Positions 1 through 10,262 of a stretch of 64,000 bases of DNA are shown one piece after another. Position 1 is the stretch's first letter. Every line of letters starts with the position of its first letter. Under the pieces are notes generated by a model. That model was not told where the DNA came from. It worked only from the letters and a program-made list of their open reading frames with translations, and searched no databases. This DNA is from Gallionella sp. GTDB taxonomy: Bacteria > Pseudomonadota > Gammaproteobacteria > Burkholderiales > Gallionellaceae. Where the stretch lies: the NCBI GenBank assembly GCA_035529955.1, contig DATKVR010000036.1, positions 188 through 64,187 on the forward strand, given 5' to 3'. The position numbers were made by a program, and so were the translations under genes.

Positions 1-727
1 TGCACGCGTTATCCGCTTCGCTCAGCGTCTCGATACCGAACGCCGCGGTTTCCAGCAGGCTCGCCGCATGGGCCAGCCGCGCATAATCCTCCTGCAGCGC
101 ATTCCAGTCAGACGCCTGAAACGCCAGGCCGTCCAGCTCGCTGCGCTGAAACTGCAACAGCTCGCGCTCGGCAGCCACGGCTTCGGCATTCTCGCTCAGG
201 CTGATGCGGCGGCGGCGCAATGCCTGCCAATCGTGATAAAGGCCGGCGATCTGCTCCGCAGCACCCGTCACGCCGGCATAGCCATCCAGCAACACGCGCT
301 GGGCATCGGCACGCAGCAACGATTGATGCGCGTTCTGACCGTGTATATCCAGCAACTGATCGCCCACTTCACGCATCTGCTGCAAAGGGGCGGTTCGCCC
401 GTTGATAAAGCCGCGCGAACGTCCGCCGGCATCCAGTACCCGGCGCAACAGACATACGCCCGTATCGCCTTCCAGCTCCTGTTCGCGCAGCCAGGCCTGC
501 ACGTGCGGCAACCCGGCAATATCGAATTCGGCGGTGATCTCGGCTCGCTCGCAACCGTTGCGCACCATGGCCGCATCGCCGCGCTCGCCGAGTGCCAGCG
601 ACAGTGCGTCGATCAGGATGGATTTGCCCGCACCGGTCTCGCCGGTCAGGACGGTAAATCCGGGAGAGAAATCCAGCTCCAGCGAGGAAACGATCACGAA
701 ATCGCGGATGCCCAAAAATTTCAGCAT
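1..727 (-). CDS. recN: DNA repair protein RecN (N-terminal part; runs off the window start)
   Basis: Hand translation from the ATG at 727 gives MLKFLGIRDFVIVSSLELDFSPGFTVLTGETGAGKSILIDAL..., with the RecN Walker A (GETGAGKS) and a DIHGQNAHQSLL motif; lies downstream of nadK. Confidence 0.95.
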   Translation of the reverse strand, partial: MLKFLGIRDFVIVSSLELDFSPGFTVLTGETGAGKSILIDALSLALGERGDAAMVRNGCERAEITAEFDIAGLPHVQAWLREQELEGDTGVCLLRRVLDAGGRSRGFINGRTAPLQQMREVGDQLLDIHGQNAHQSLLRADAQRVLLDGYAGVTGAAEQIAGLYHDWQALRRRRISLSENAEAVAAERELLQFQRSELDGLAFQASDWNALQEDYARLAHAASLLETAAFGIETLSEADNAC

Positions 728-749
728 GGCTCAGGAAATTTCAGCATGG
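716..749. repeat. 14-bp direct repeat AAATTTCAGCATGG (period 20) at the recN start
   Basis: Identical copies at 716-729 and 736-749. Confidence 0.85.
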
Positions 750-766
750 ACAGGGAATTCCGACAT

Positions 767-1639
767 TTACAGCGTCTGGTTCCACAACAGCTTCTCGCGC
801 AGCGTGTGATAGTAGCTGTGCCCGGCTGGATGCAGCAGGCAGGCGGTATCGGGATGGCGCGTCACGATGATCTTGTCGTGCAACTGCAATTCATAGCTGG
901 TATGGCTGTCGAAGCGCACGCTCATGTCTCCGATGCGATGCAACAGTATCTCCACCACCGATGAACTCTTCACCACCAGCGGCCGGTTGCTCAGGGTGTG
1001 CGGACACACCGGAACCAGTTCCAGCACATCCAGGCCGGGATGCAATATCGGCCCGCCTGAAGACATCGCATACGCAGTCGAGCCGGTGGGCGTCGCAACG
1101 ATCAGCCCGTCGGCGCGCTGGTTGTAAAGGTATTCGCCGTCGATGCGCACCTCGAATTCGATCATGCTGCTGACATTGTTGCGATGCACCACCACTTCAT
1201 TGAAAGCCGAGGCACTGAATATTTCGACATCGTCGCGCAACACCCGTGCGGAAATCAGCAGGCGTTGCTCGGTGATGAACTTGCCCTCCAGCATTGCGGC
1301 GATACTGTCCTGTATATTGTCCAGCGTGAGGTCGGTCAGAAATCCGAGCCGCCCCTGATTCACGCCGACCAGCGGGATATTGAACGGTGACAAGGTGCGC
1401 GCGATATTCAACATGGTGCCATCGCCGCCCAGAACGATCGCCAGATCAACCGTGCGGCCCATCTCATCCAGACTCATTGCCTGATAGGGACTGTCCTTGA
1501 GATGCGCGGCAGTCAGGCTGTCAACCACCACGGTCAGCCCCCTGGAGGTCAGAAACGCGGCTAAAGCCGATAATGGCACCCCGATTTCAGGGGCATTGTG
1601 TTTGCCGATCAGCGCAACATTCTTGAAGGGAAATTTCAT
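767..1639 (-). CDS. nadK: NAD kinase
   Basis: GGDGT, GRLGFL, NE and TPTGSTAY motifs; start placed at MKFPFKNVALIGK. Confidence 0.96.
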   Translation of the reverse strand: MKFPFKNVALIGKHNAPEIGVPLSALAAFLTSRGLTVVVDSLTAAHLKDSPYQAMSLDEMGRTVDLAIVLGGDGTMLNIARTLSPFNIPLVGVNQGRLGFLTDLTLDNIQDSIAAMLEGKFITEQRLLISARVLRDDVEIFSASAFNEVVVHRNNVSSMIEFEVRIDGEYLYNQRADGLIVATPTGSTAYAMSSGGPILHPGLDVLELVPVCPHTLSNRPLVVKSSSVVEILLHRIGDMSVRFDSHTSYELQLHDKIIVTRHPDTACLLHPAGHSYYHTLREKLLWNQTL

Positions 1640-1809
1640 GGCAGCGATTAAACCACATCGCCCCTGCAATGACAAAGCAGCGCCGCCAGATCTTTATGGC
1701 GCAAACAGTCCTTCGGGATAGCCGAACCACCCGCAACGACTGGAACGACTTGCACGTTATTGCTAAAGGTGGCAAGCAAATGATTTAAAGCGTATAAAGC
1801 AAAATCAGC

Positions 1810-4800
1810 ATGTCGGATGAAAAAGAAAATATCTTGATCAAACCACGGCGGAAATCACCGATATCTGATCGATTCACGCCGACAGGTATCACCCTGCTCT
1901 ACGCAGTCCTCGCTGCGCTGTGGATCGTATTATCCAACTATCTATTGACACTCACCGTCACTGACCCGTCGCTGCAAAGCCGCATCGAAGTGGCCAAGGG
2001 GCTGGCTTTCGTCACCGTCACCAGCGTGTTGCTCTACCTGCTGCTCAACCACTGGCGCGAGACCCATGCGATGCAGCCGGCGAACCTGCAGACAGAACAC
2101 ACCGCACCGCCCGGAATAATTCGGCTGGCGCTGATTTTTATTGCACTGGCATTGCTCGTGCCACTGATCGGTTACGTCATTTACGGAATAAATGTTCCGC
2201 AGATCGAAAAGTACACCTTCAACAATTTAAATTCGATTGCAATACTCAAGTCCGAAGAGATAGAAAACTGGCTGGACGAACGGCAGGGTAACGCGAAGCA
2301 GGTGATGGCCGATACTGGTCTCGCCCGTGAAGTCGAACATTATCTGCAGGCTCAGAAGTACGATGCAGAGCTGCTCAAACGGATCACAGTTCAGCTTGCC
2401 CCATTGCAGTCTGACTATGGCTTTGACAGCATCATGTTACTGGATACCGGGGGGCGGTTGATAACCTCGCTGGGCAAGCATCTGGACATATCCCAGCCGG
2501 TCCGGGATCTGCTGCACGAGTCGTTGAACCGCAAACAGATCGTTCGCAGCACTCTGTACCGCAATGAGTCTGGCAGCATCCACCTGGACTGGATCGTCCC
2601 TATCCTAGTTTCGGACCAACATGGCAAACATCCGGTGGCCACGATAGTACTGCGTGCCATGCCCGGAAAATTCCTGTATCCCCTGATCCAGAGCTGGCCG
2701 ACTGCCAGCCCCAGCGGCGAAACCCTGCTGGTACGGCGCGAGGACGAATCCGTCCTGTTTCTGAACGCGTTGCGCCATAGCAACCATGCTCCCCTGACCA
2801 TGTTCAAATCCATGAATAACCTGATGCTTCCCGCCGCGGTAGCCATCCGCGAGAACAGGTCGGGCGCATTATTAGGACAGGACTACCGGCAGGTGCCGGT
2901 ATTGGCAGTTTACCGACCAATACCAGGGACAGACTGGTATCTCATCGCCAAGATCGACCGCAACGAGGTGATGATGCCGATGTGGAACATGCTGTTCTGG
3001 ATCGGCGTGATCTCTTCCTTGGGCGTCGGCCTGATTGCCATCGTATTGTTGTTATACCACCACCAGATGCAACGCTCGCACCGATTGGCGTTGCGGGTCC
3101 GCACAGCGGAGGCCACCCAGGAAACCGAGTTGCGTTACCGGACCCTGGTTGAAGCCATTCCTGACATGGTCTGGCTGAAAAATGCCGAAGGCATCTATCT
3201 GGGCTGCAACCCGGCGTTCGAGCGTCTATATGGCGCCAAGGAAGCGGACATCATTGGCAAGAGCGACTACGACTTTGTCGACAAGGAACTGGCAGACTCT
3301 TTTCTGAAGAACGACCTCAAGGCTATGACGGACGACAAACCCGGCTTTAACGAGGAATGGCTGACCTTCGCCAGTAACGGTTACCGCGGCTTGTTCGAAA
3401 CCATCAAAACGCCGATGCACGATGCCGATGGAAAACTGATCGGCGTGCTGGGCATCTCGCGTGATATAACCAACCGCAAACGCACCGAGGAATCGCTAGC
3501 CAAGCTTACACAGGCAGTGGAACAAAGTTCGACCTCGATCGTCATCACCAGCCTCGACGCAAAAATCGAGTATGCCAATGCGGCCTTTGTTCGAGAAAGC
3601 GGTTACAGCCTTGAAGAAGCGATTGGAAAAAATCCGAAGTTGCTGCATTCCGGCAAAACCCCCAAGGCTACCTACGATGACATGTGGGCACATCTGTCCA
3701 AAGGCAAGCCGTGGCAAGGCGAGTTCATCAACCGGTGCAAGGACGGCAGCGAATACTTTGAGTGGGCATCGATCTCGCCGGTATTCCAGCCGGATGGACG
3801 CATGTCGCATTATCTGGCCGTCAAAGAGAACATCACCCGGCGCAAGGCTAACGAAGCAAAAATAATCCGGCTGACCCAACTTTATGCCGCATTAAGCCAG
3901 TGCAACCAGGCCATCGTGCGCTGCACCAGCGAGCAGGAGCTGTTCCCGCAAATCTGCCGCGACGCGGTGGAGTACGGCGGCATAAAAATGGCATGGATCG
4001 GGATGGTGGACGAAGCGAGCAGACTAGTCAAACCGGTCGCGGCTTTTGGCGCCCATACCGAATATCTGGAAGGCATACAAATTTCGGTGGATGCCGACGA
4101 CCCGGTCGGTCGCGGCCCGACCGGCACCGCGATACGCGACAACCGGCCATACTGGAATCAGGAAATTGAGCATAACGCCGCCATGGCGCCCTGGCATGAA
4201 CGCTGGAAAAAATATGACTGGAAATCCTCTGCTGCGCTGCCCCTGCTCAGGAACGGCATGCCCATCGGGTGCATCACGCTCTATTCGGACACGGTAAATG
4301 CGTTCGACGAAGAAGCGCGCAGGCTGCTGACTGAAATGGCGTCCGATATCAGCTTTGCGCTTGATAACTTCGCCCATGAAACGGAACGCAAGCAGGCGAT
4401 GCAGGAAATAGAATTCAAGAACACGATACTCCAGACACAGCAGGAAGCCTCACTCGATGCGATGCTGGTAATCGACGAGAACGAAAAAATCCTGTCTTTC
4501 AACCAGAAATTCATCGACATGTGGAAACTCTCCCCGCAACTGGTCAGCATGCATGAAGACGCTCCGGTACTTCAATTCGTTGCCGCGCAAGTCGAGGATA
4601 CCGAAGCATTTGTTGCAAAGGTCCAATACCTGTACGCGAACCATGAATTAAAGAGCAACGACGATATAAAACTGAAGGACGGACGTATCATCGACCGGTA
4701 TACCGCTCCGATCAACGGCAAAGATGGTCAACATTATGGGCGCGTCGTATATTTACGCGATGTTACCGAAAGCAGGAAAGCAAGCCAGCAGCTTGCCGAT

Positions 4801-5772
4801 TCGGAACAGCGTTTCCGCGGCCTGGTCGAGCAGTCGCTCGCCGGCATCTACATCATCCAGGACGGCAGGTTTTCCTATGTGAATCCGCGCGCCGCGGAAA
4901 TTATCGGACTGGATTCCGTAAGCGACATGATCGGAAAAGACCTCAAACAATTTATCCTCGATGCCGATTACGGCAAGATTATCGGAAACATACGAAAGCT
5001 CCTTGATAAAGCAGCATCGAGTGTCACTCTGGAATTTCGTGTCATTCACAAGAAAGGTTATCTGATCACGGTAGGCGCGAATGCGTCTTACGCTGTCTAT
5101 CATGGCAAGCCTGCGGTGATCGGCCTTATTCAGGATATCTCGGATAAGAAACGCGACGAGGAACGCATTCAAAACTATGTCGCCCAGCTCAAGTCCACCT
5201 TCCTGAGCTCGGTGCAACTGGCAACCAGCCTTTCCGAGATGCGCGACCCCTATACGGCCGGCCATGAGCGTCGCGTCTCGGATATCGCGGTCGCGATTGC
5301 GACCGAAATGGGACTGGACGAACAACGCATTGAAGGGATCAGGGTCGCGGGTTTCCTGCACGATATCGGCAAGATCAGTATCCCGTCAGAGATCCTGGTC
5401 AAGCCCGGCCGGCTCAATGCAACCGAATACGCGCTGGTGCAGGGACATGCGCAGGCCAGCTATGACGTGTTGAAGCAAGTGGAATTTCCCTGGCCGGTCG
5501 CAATCATTGCACTGCAACACCACGAGCGCATGGACGGCAGCGGCTATCCGAACAAGCTGAAGGGCGACGAGATCCTGCTGGAGTCGCGCATCATGGCGGT
5601 GGCCGACGTGGTCGAGGCGATGGCCTCGCATCGCCCCTACCGGCCCGGACTGGGCATCGACAAGGCACTGGCTGAACTGGAGCGCGGCCGCGGTAGTGCT
5701 TATGACCCTGACGTCGTCGATACCTGCCTGCGCCTGTTCCGCGAACAGGAATTCGTGTTGCCGCCCTTTTAG
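1810..5772 (+). CDS. Membrane-anchored multi-sensor HD-GYP c-di-GMP phosphodiesterase (TM, Cache-like, PAS, PAS, GAF, PAS, PAS, HD-GYP)
   Basis: N-terminal TM helices; PAS/PAC signatures (RDITNRK, ENITRRK); GAF segment (GRGPTGTAIR); HDIGK and HHERMDGSGYP at the C-terminus. Confidence 0.9.
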   Translation: MSDEKENILIKPRRKSPISDRFTPTGITLLYAVLAALWIVLSNYLLTLTVTDPSLQSRIEVAKGLAFVTVTSVLLYLLLNHWRETHAMQPANLQTEHTAPPGIIRLALIFIALALLVPLIGYVIYGINVPQIEKYTFNNLNSIAILKSEEIENWLDERQGNAKQVMADTGLAREVEHYLQAQKYDAELLKRITVQLAPLQSDYGFDSIMLLDTGGRLITSLGKHLDISQPVRDLLHESLNRKQIVRSTLYRNESGSIHLDWIVPILVSDQHGKHPVATIVLRAMPGKFLYPLIQSWPTASPSGETLLVRREDESVLFLNALRHSNHAPLTMFKSMNNLMLPAAVAIRENRSGALLGQDYRQVPVLAVYRPIPGTDWYLIAKIDRNEVMMPMWNMLFWIGVISSLGVGLIAIVLLLYHHQMQRSHRLALRVRTAEATQETELRYRTLVEAIPDMVWLKNAEGIYLGCNPAFERLYGAKEADIIGKSDYDFVDKELADSFLKNDLKAMTDDKPGFNEEWLTFASNGYRGLFETIKTPMHDADGKLIGVLGISRDITNRKRTEESLAKLTQAVEQSSTSIVITSLDAKIEYANAAFVRESGYSLEEAIGKNPKLLHSGKTPKATYDDMWAHLSKGKPWQGEFINRCKDGSEYFEWASISPVFQPDGRMSHYLAVKENITRRKANEAKIIRLTQLYAALSQCNQAIVRCTSEQELFPQICRDAVEYGGIKMAWIGMVDEASRLVKPVAAFGAHTEYLEGIQISVDADDPVGRGPTGTAIRDNRPYWNQEIEHNAAMAPWHERWKKYDWKSSAALPLLRNGMPIGCITLYSDTVNAFDEEARRLLTEMASDISFALDNFAHETERKQAMQEIEFKNTILQTQQEASLDAMLVIDENEKILSFNQKFIDMWKLSPQLVSMHEDAPVLQFVAAQVEDTEAFVAKVQYLYANHELKSNDDIKLKDGRIIDRYTAPINGKDGQHYGRVVYLRDVTESRKASQQLADSEQRFRGLVEQSLAGIYIIQDGRFSYVNPRAAEIIGLDSVSDMIGKDLKQFILDADYGKIIGNIRKLLDKAASSVTLEFRVIHKKGYLITVGANASYAVYHGKPAVIGLIQDISDKKRDEERIQNYVAQLKSTFLSSVQLATSLSEMRDPYTAGHERRVSDIAVAIATEMGLDEQRIEGIRVAGFLHDIGKISIPSEILVKPGRLNATEYALVQGHAQASYDVLKQVEFPWPVAIIALQHHERMDGSGYPNKLKGDEILLESRIMAVADVVEAMASHRPYRPGLGIDKALAELERGRGSAYDPDVVDTCLRLFREQEFVLPPF

Positions 5773-5826
5773 CCGGCCCGATCGAAGTACGATTCGGCCA
5801 GCCTGCCAGGCTATAAACCGGGCAAG

Positions 5827-6483
5827 TTATAAACCCGAGAGATAATCCGACAACGATCCGATCTCGGCATTGGTCAGGTTTTTTGCAGCCCGGCTCATCA
5901 TGCCGTCCGGGCTGTTGCTGCGCTCGCCGCCGCGAAAGTGGAACAGTTGGACCCGCAGGTATTCCCCGTGCTGACCGCCGATCACCGGGTAGGTCGCGCT
6001 GACCGGTTCCTTGCCGTTTAACCCGTGGCAACTTGCGCATGCCGGAATATCCCTGGCCGGGTCACCATTGCGGAATAATTTCTCCGCGACCGGATTGTCT
6101 CCGCTTCCGTCCCCCTGCATCTTGTTCATGCCGGCAAAATAGGCCGAGATATCGGCCACCTCGGTTGCACTGATCGAGTTCGATAATGCGCTCATGATCT
6201 GGTGAGTGCGCGCACCGGACTGAAAATCGCGCAGCTGCTTTGCGGTATACGGCGCAGATTGGCCGGCGAGATTGGGTATCAAATCCACGAAACTGATGCC
6301 TTGCACGCCATGGCAACCCTGACAAAAGCCGGATTCGGTCTTGCCCGCGACCGGGTCGCCGCCGGCTTTGGACTGCCTGATCATTCCGGCGGACTCGGCT
6401 GCGCCGGCGGTCGAGCCGGCAAACTGGATTGCGGCAAGCAAACCGGCAAAGGTAATTATTCGCAAACGGATCATGGTGCTCAA
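5827..6483 (-). CDS. Diheme cytochrome c4 family protein
   Basis: Signal peptide; CQGCH and CASCH; PNLAGQ and YPVIGGQH motifs with a Met ligand in each domain. Confidence 0.9.
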   Translation of the reverse strand: MSTMIRLRIITFAGLLAAIQFAGSTAGAAESAGMIRQSKAGGDPVAGKTESGFCQGCHGVQGISFVDLIPNLAGQSAPYTAKQLRDFQSGARTHQIMSALSNSISATEVADISAYFAGMNKMQGDGSGDNPVAEKLFRNGDPARDIPACASCHGLNGKEPVSATYPVIGGQHGEYLRVQLFHFRGGERSNSPDGMMSRAAKNLTNAEIGSLSDYLSGL

Positions 6484-6596
6484 GTGGGGATGGATGACAA
6501 TCGGTATGCATTATATCGCCCAGGCAACGATAAGTCCGTCAGTGGGTGGTATAAACTTGTCTGTCTATTCCGATTGACGCAGAGCCGACATATACC

Positions 6597-7451
6597 GTGA
6601 AAATTTCATCCCCGAATCGCGAGACCACACCCCCGGCACAATTGCACCCCGCTCCAGCGTTGCGGAATGCGGCACTGTTCTGGCTGGGCGAATGCGATGC
6701 GCTACGCAAGGCCGAAGGCGTGCGTCGGCTGGCAAAATCGTGGGGAGCGGGTGAAATCGACCTGGATGCCTCTACCCTGTTGACATCTCAACTGCCCATA
6801 CCCGGCAGGCCGGACAAGCCGGAGCTGGTGTCGCCGCTGTCGGTCAGGCGCCGCTTGATGATCACGCCGGAAGGCCGCGCCATATTGATACACGCGCTGG
6901 CGCATATCGAGTTCAATGCGATCAACCTGGCGCTGGATGCCGTCTGGCGGTTCGCCGATATGCCGCACGAGTATTACGCCGACTGGTTGAAAGTTGCGGA
7001 TGAAGAGGCCCTGCATTTCTCGCTGCTGTGCGGGCACTTGCAAAGCCTGGGATACGCGTACGGTGATTTCCCCGCGCACAACAGCCTGTGGGAGATGGCC
7101 GCGAAAACGCAACACGACATCCTCGCGCGCATCGCGCTGGTGCCGCGCACCATGGAAGCGCGCGGGCTGGATGCCACGCCGCAGGTTCGCGCCAAGCTTG
7201 CGCAGGCCGGAGATCTGGCCGCCGCAAAGATACTGGATATCATCCTGCGCGACGAGATCGGCCATGTCGCGATCGGCAACCGCTGGTACAACTGGCTGTG
7301 CGAGCAACGCGGCCTGGAACCGGTCGCAACCTATGCGCGCCTCGCCGCGGAATACCGGGCACCGGTAATGCGCGGTCCGTTCAATCTGGAAGCGCGGCGC
7401 GCGGCGGGATTCAGCGAACTGGAACTGGCTGCGTTAGTCAGCAAACCATGA
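6597..7451 (+). CDS. Ferritin-like di-iron protein (DUF455 family)
   Basis: HALAHIEFNAINLALD, DEEALH, EARGLD and DEIGHV motifs. Confidence 0.88.
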   Translation: MKISSPNRETTPPAQLHPAPALRNAALFWLGECDALRKAEGVRRLAKSWGAGEIDLDASTLLTSQLPIPGRPDKPELVSPLSVRRRLMITPEGRAILIHALAHIEFNAINLALDAVWRFADMPHEYYADWLKVADEEALHFSLLCGHLQSLGYAYGDFPAHNSLWEMAAKTQHDILARIALVPRTMEARGLDATPQVRAKLAQAGDLAAAKILDIILRDEIGHVAIGNRWYNWLCEQRGLEPVATYARLAAEYRAPVMRGPFNLEARRAAGFSELELAALVSKP

Positions 7452-7491
7452 GTACCGGACGCCAAGGCGGGTGGCATGCCCCCGATTATCA

Positions 7492-8721
7492 TCAGGGTAA
7501 CCGGGGCGGTGAAACCGCCGTATCGGCGATGGTATTTTTTGTCCGCAATGATTTCAGTTGTTGCTTGAGTCCTTGTGCAGCCAGCGCATAACCCCCATCG
7601 CTGCCATCCACGAAATGCATATGATTGCCGTTGTAGGATTGCACCAGGCAAGTCACCAGCGCCGCCCGCGATTTATACATTCCGTACACCAGCCGGCCGG
7701 CAAGGAATTGTGACTGAAGATATTGTTCCAGTTCCGCAGCCTGTGTGTCATTTCCATCCATGACCATGCGCAACACGCCGTCAAACTTGCGGAAGTCGCT
7801 ATTGTCGACCATGTCGTTGCGGTAGTGGCTCCATTCCACTTTCCCGGTATCGATGTTGCGCATGAACAGATACATGCCCGCCAGATTCAGAAACAGCATA
7901 TTAACGAAATAACCCAACCGTTTAATCCAGGACAAATTTCCGCTCCTGACACGCCACTCATGGCTTAATGACCGCGGACTCAAGGCCATGCGCATGCGAT
8001 CGGGCCTTAAAGGGTGATAGCTTTCCACCTCTCCGTAGATGGCATGGATTTTCTCCGAGACAGCCTGATAAATATCGTGATTGACGCTGGGTTCACCCGA
8101 CATCGCGCTCACCAGCAGGGAAAGTTTGTGCCCGTTGAAGTTGGGAACATTCTTCCAGCGGCATTCGAAACCTTCAAAATTCGCTTCAGCCGGACCTTCA
8201 TCTTCCCGCACCATCAGGACACCCTCGGCACCCGGTGTCTTGACGCGTCTTTCTGCTTCGCTCCAGCCGCGTCCGGACAGGGCCGACTGCGTCATGTGGG
8301 GAGAAACGCGAACTTTTGCCAGATCCACCCAGAAATCCTGCCGCGCCAGATCACTAACCCGCACCAGGCCCACACGCAGATCAAGACCAAAACCGAGGCG
8401 TGACAGTTTTTGCGCACCGCGCAAGGCAGGGATGATGCGTGCCAGGAACCTGTCCGGAACGGCAAAAGTTGCGCCGTCACCGCCGAATGCAAACGGGATA
8501 TCGATGCTGCGGTCCACATTGACCACGGCCGCGATACAGGCCACACCGACGGTATTGACCTTCTTGTAATCCCCGTCCTGGATGGCTTTTGTCGAGCCGG
8601 CCACATCGGCAATCACGACCCACCAGTCCCCGGGAACAGACACATGCCGCCCGACCTCGACCGCATCCAGGAATGACTCGAGCACCGGCAGGTCGCGATA
8701 AAAATGGCTGGAATCACTCAT
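7492..8721 (-). CDS. DUF3095 family protein
   Basis: ADVAGST, FGGDGA, GFECRW, SDFRKFDGVLRMV and HFVDGSDGGYALAA motifs. Confidence 0.85.
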   Translation of the reverse strand: MSDSSHFYRDLPVLESFLDAVEVGRHVSVPGDWWVVIADVAGSTKAIQDGDYKKVNTVGVACIAAVVNVDRSIDIPFAFGGDGATFAVPDRFLARIIPALRGAQKLSRLGFGLDLRVGLVRVSDLARQDFWVDLAKVRVSPHMTQSALSGRGWSEAERRVKTPGAEGVLMVREDEGPAEANFEGFECRWKNVPNFNGHKLSLLVSAMSGEPSVNHDIYQAVSEKIHAIYGEVESYHPLRPDRMRMALSPRSLSHEWRVRSGNLSWIKRLGYFVNMLFLNLAGMYLFMRNIDTGKVEWSHYRNDMVDNSDFRKFDGVLRMVMDGNDTQAAELEQYLQSQFLAGRLVYGMYKSRAALVTCLVQSYNGNHMHFVDGSDGGYALAAQGLKQQLKSLRTKNTIADTAVSPPRLP

Positions 8722-8937
8722 ATTCGGAGCATCAGCAATAAATTCAATTTCGGCGGCAGGCCCATAGCCATCTGATGCGTTATAACTTCCGTTGTATCGG
8801 GCCCACTATGCCCGGTACATTCCTGCCTCATCCTTTGCCAGTCCTTGTGTGTTGCTGTATCTGGCGGCGTGCGGATCGAAAATTAAAAAGCGATGAACCG
8901 TCAGGATAGCCGACTGCCGGTGGCGTTACGGAACGGA

Positions 8938-9537
8938 CTACGGCTTGTTGAACCAGCCATCCCAGTTCGGATAGTGCGGGATATTCACGGTATCCGCGTC
9001 ATAGATGCCCTTCGCGGCCTGGGTGTGGCACTTGTCGCAGAAGCTCAGCGACTTCACATCCTTGTTGCCCGTGATCATTTTTTCCGGAATATCGTGATGG
9101 GTGCGGACAATATAGCGCAGCCCGGTGATACGCAGCGGCGTCGGGCCGTGCTCGGTGGCAGCCGCGATCTTGCGCGACCGTTTGTACCATGACTTTTCCG
9201 CTGAATTGCTGATTGCGTAATCGCGGATAACTTTCAGCGTATCGTCATCGAGCTCGGCGTTGACCCCGAAATGATCGCGCAATGCCCGGTCAGTCAGCAG
9301 CGCCTCCCAGGATTTTGCCGGCAACAACCCGGGCTGATAGGCAAAGTGGCACGCACCGCACTCTTCCTGGTATTGCTTGTCGGTAACCGGTTTCACGCCG
9401 TTGGTGCGCTGAAAATCAAACAACCAGTTCAGGAAGTCATTATTATTCAGTGAGAATTCTGCAGCACCTGCACCGCCGCAGCCCATCGACAGAACAAGCG
9501 CCAGCAATGCGGTGATTTTCCATTTTCTATGCATCAT
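8938..9537 (-). CDS. Diheme cytochrome c (DHC family), second paralogue
   Basis: Signal peptide; ECGACHFAYQPGLLPAKSW, HFG, LRIT and CDKCH. Confidence 0.88.
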   Translation of the reverse strand: MMHRKWKITALLALVLSMGCGGAGAAEFSLNNNDFLNWLFDFQRTNGVKPVTDKQYQEECGACHFAYQPGLLPAKSWEALLTDRALRDHFGVNAELDDDTLKVIRDYAISNSAEKSWYKRSRKIAAATEHGPTPLRITGLRYIVRTHHDIPEKMITGNKDVKSLSFCDKCHTQAAKGIYDADTVNIPHYPNWDGWFNKP

Positions 9538-9547
9538 CGCGCCCCCG

Positions 9548-10201
9548 TTACCAGGTCAATTTGATACCGACCAGCATCAACGCCGCGCCAAGTTCGGCGA
9601 TGCCCGCATGACTGGTTGGCACCGAGGATTTTGCCGACTTGTTTACCGCATACAGCATCAGCATTGCACCCGTACCAGCCAGCATTACATGCTGATTGTC
9701 CGGGTCGGAGAAACCGTCATCCAGGTGGAAGTCATTCCAGTGAAACAGCAGCCCGGTTATCACCGTGGCGGCGGCAAGGGCTGCGGTAGTGCGGGCCAGC
9801 CGGGTGTGGGTGGTACCCGATGTCTGTCTCGGCGCAGTCTGTACCGCACCTTCTGATTCTCCCGGTGCGGCGAGCATCGTCAATCCTGCGAACAGCACGG
9901 TCCCCAAACCCAGATATTGGTGCACTTTTCTTTCCGAGATCAGCGGCGGTTCGAATTTCATTGCCTGCGCATCCGGCGTCACGCCGGCCTGGCTCTGGGC
10001 GGGATTGCCATCATTCGCAGCCAGCAAATAGCTCGATGAATTCAACTGGCCAGATCGCAAAAACTGGGCATTATTGGAATAAAAACCGGCGGCCGGCGGC
10101 AGCACAGCATTTCCAGCCGCGGTATCCGCGTACACCCCCCCTGAAAAGATCGCAAGACATATCCCGGCAACCGCAATGACAACCTTGATGCTGTATTCCA
10201 T
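9548..10201 (-). CDS. Uncharacterised membrane protein with a signal peptide and four His-led hydrophobic helices
   Basis: Tightly packed in the cytochrome operon; GGGGG-type RBS before MEYSIK; four hydrophobic segments each preceded by His. Confidence 0.75.
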   Translation of the reverse strand: MEYSIKVVIAVAGICLAIFSGGVYADTAAGNAVLPPAAGFYSNNAQFLRSGQLNSSSYLLAANDGNPAQSQAGVTPDAQAMKFEPPLISERKVHQYLGLGTVLFAGLTMLAAPGESEGAVQTAPRQTSGTTHTRLARTTAALAAATVITGLLFHWNDFHLDDGFSDPDNQHVMLAGTGAMLMLYAVNKSAKSSVPTSHAGIAELGAALMLVGIKLTW

Positions 10202-10262
10202 CCATCCCCCTTTAAAGCTGGTTGTTCTCCCTGGCACAAACCATCCGGCTTACATGCCGGTA

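Noticed and set aside
68-964. 298-aa plus-strand ORF and other long antisense ORFs (e.g. 11892-13088, 15339-16646, 18703-20919, 35260-36996, 61881-63101)
   Set aside because: They are shadows of well-supported genes on the opposite strand, expected in GC-rich DNA, and have no recognisable motifs
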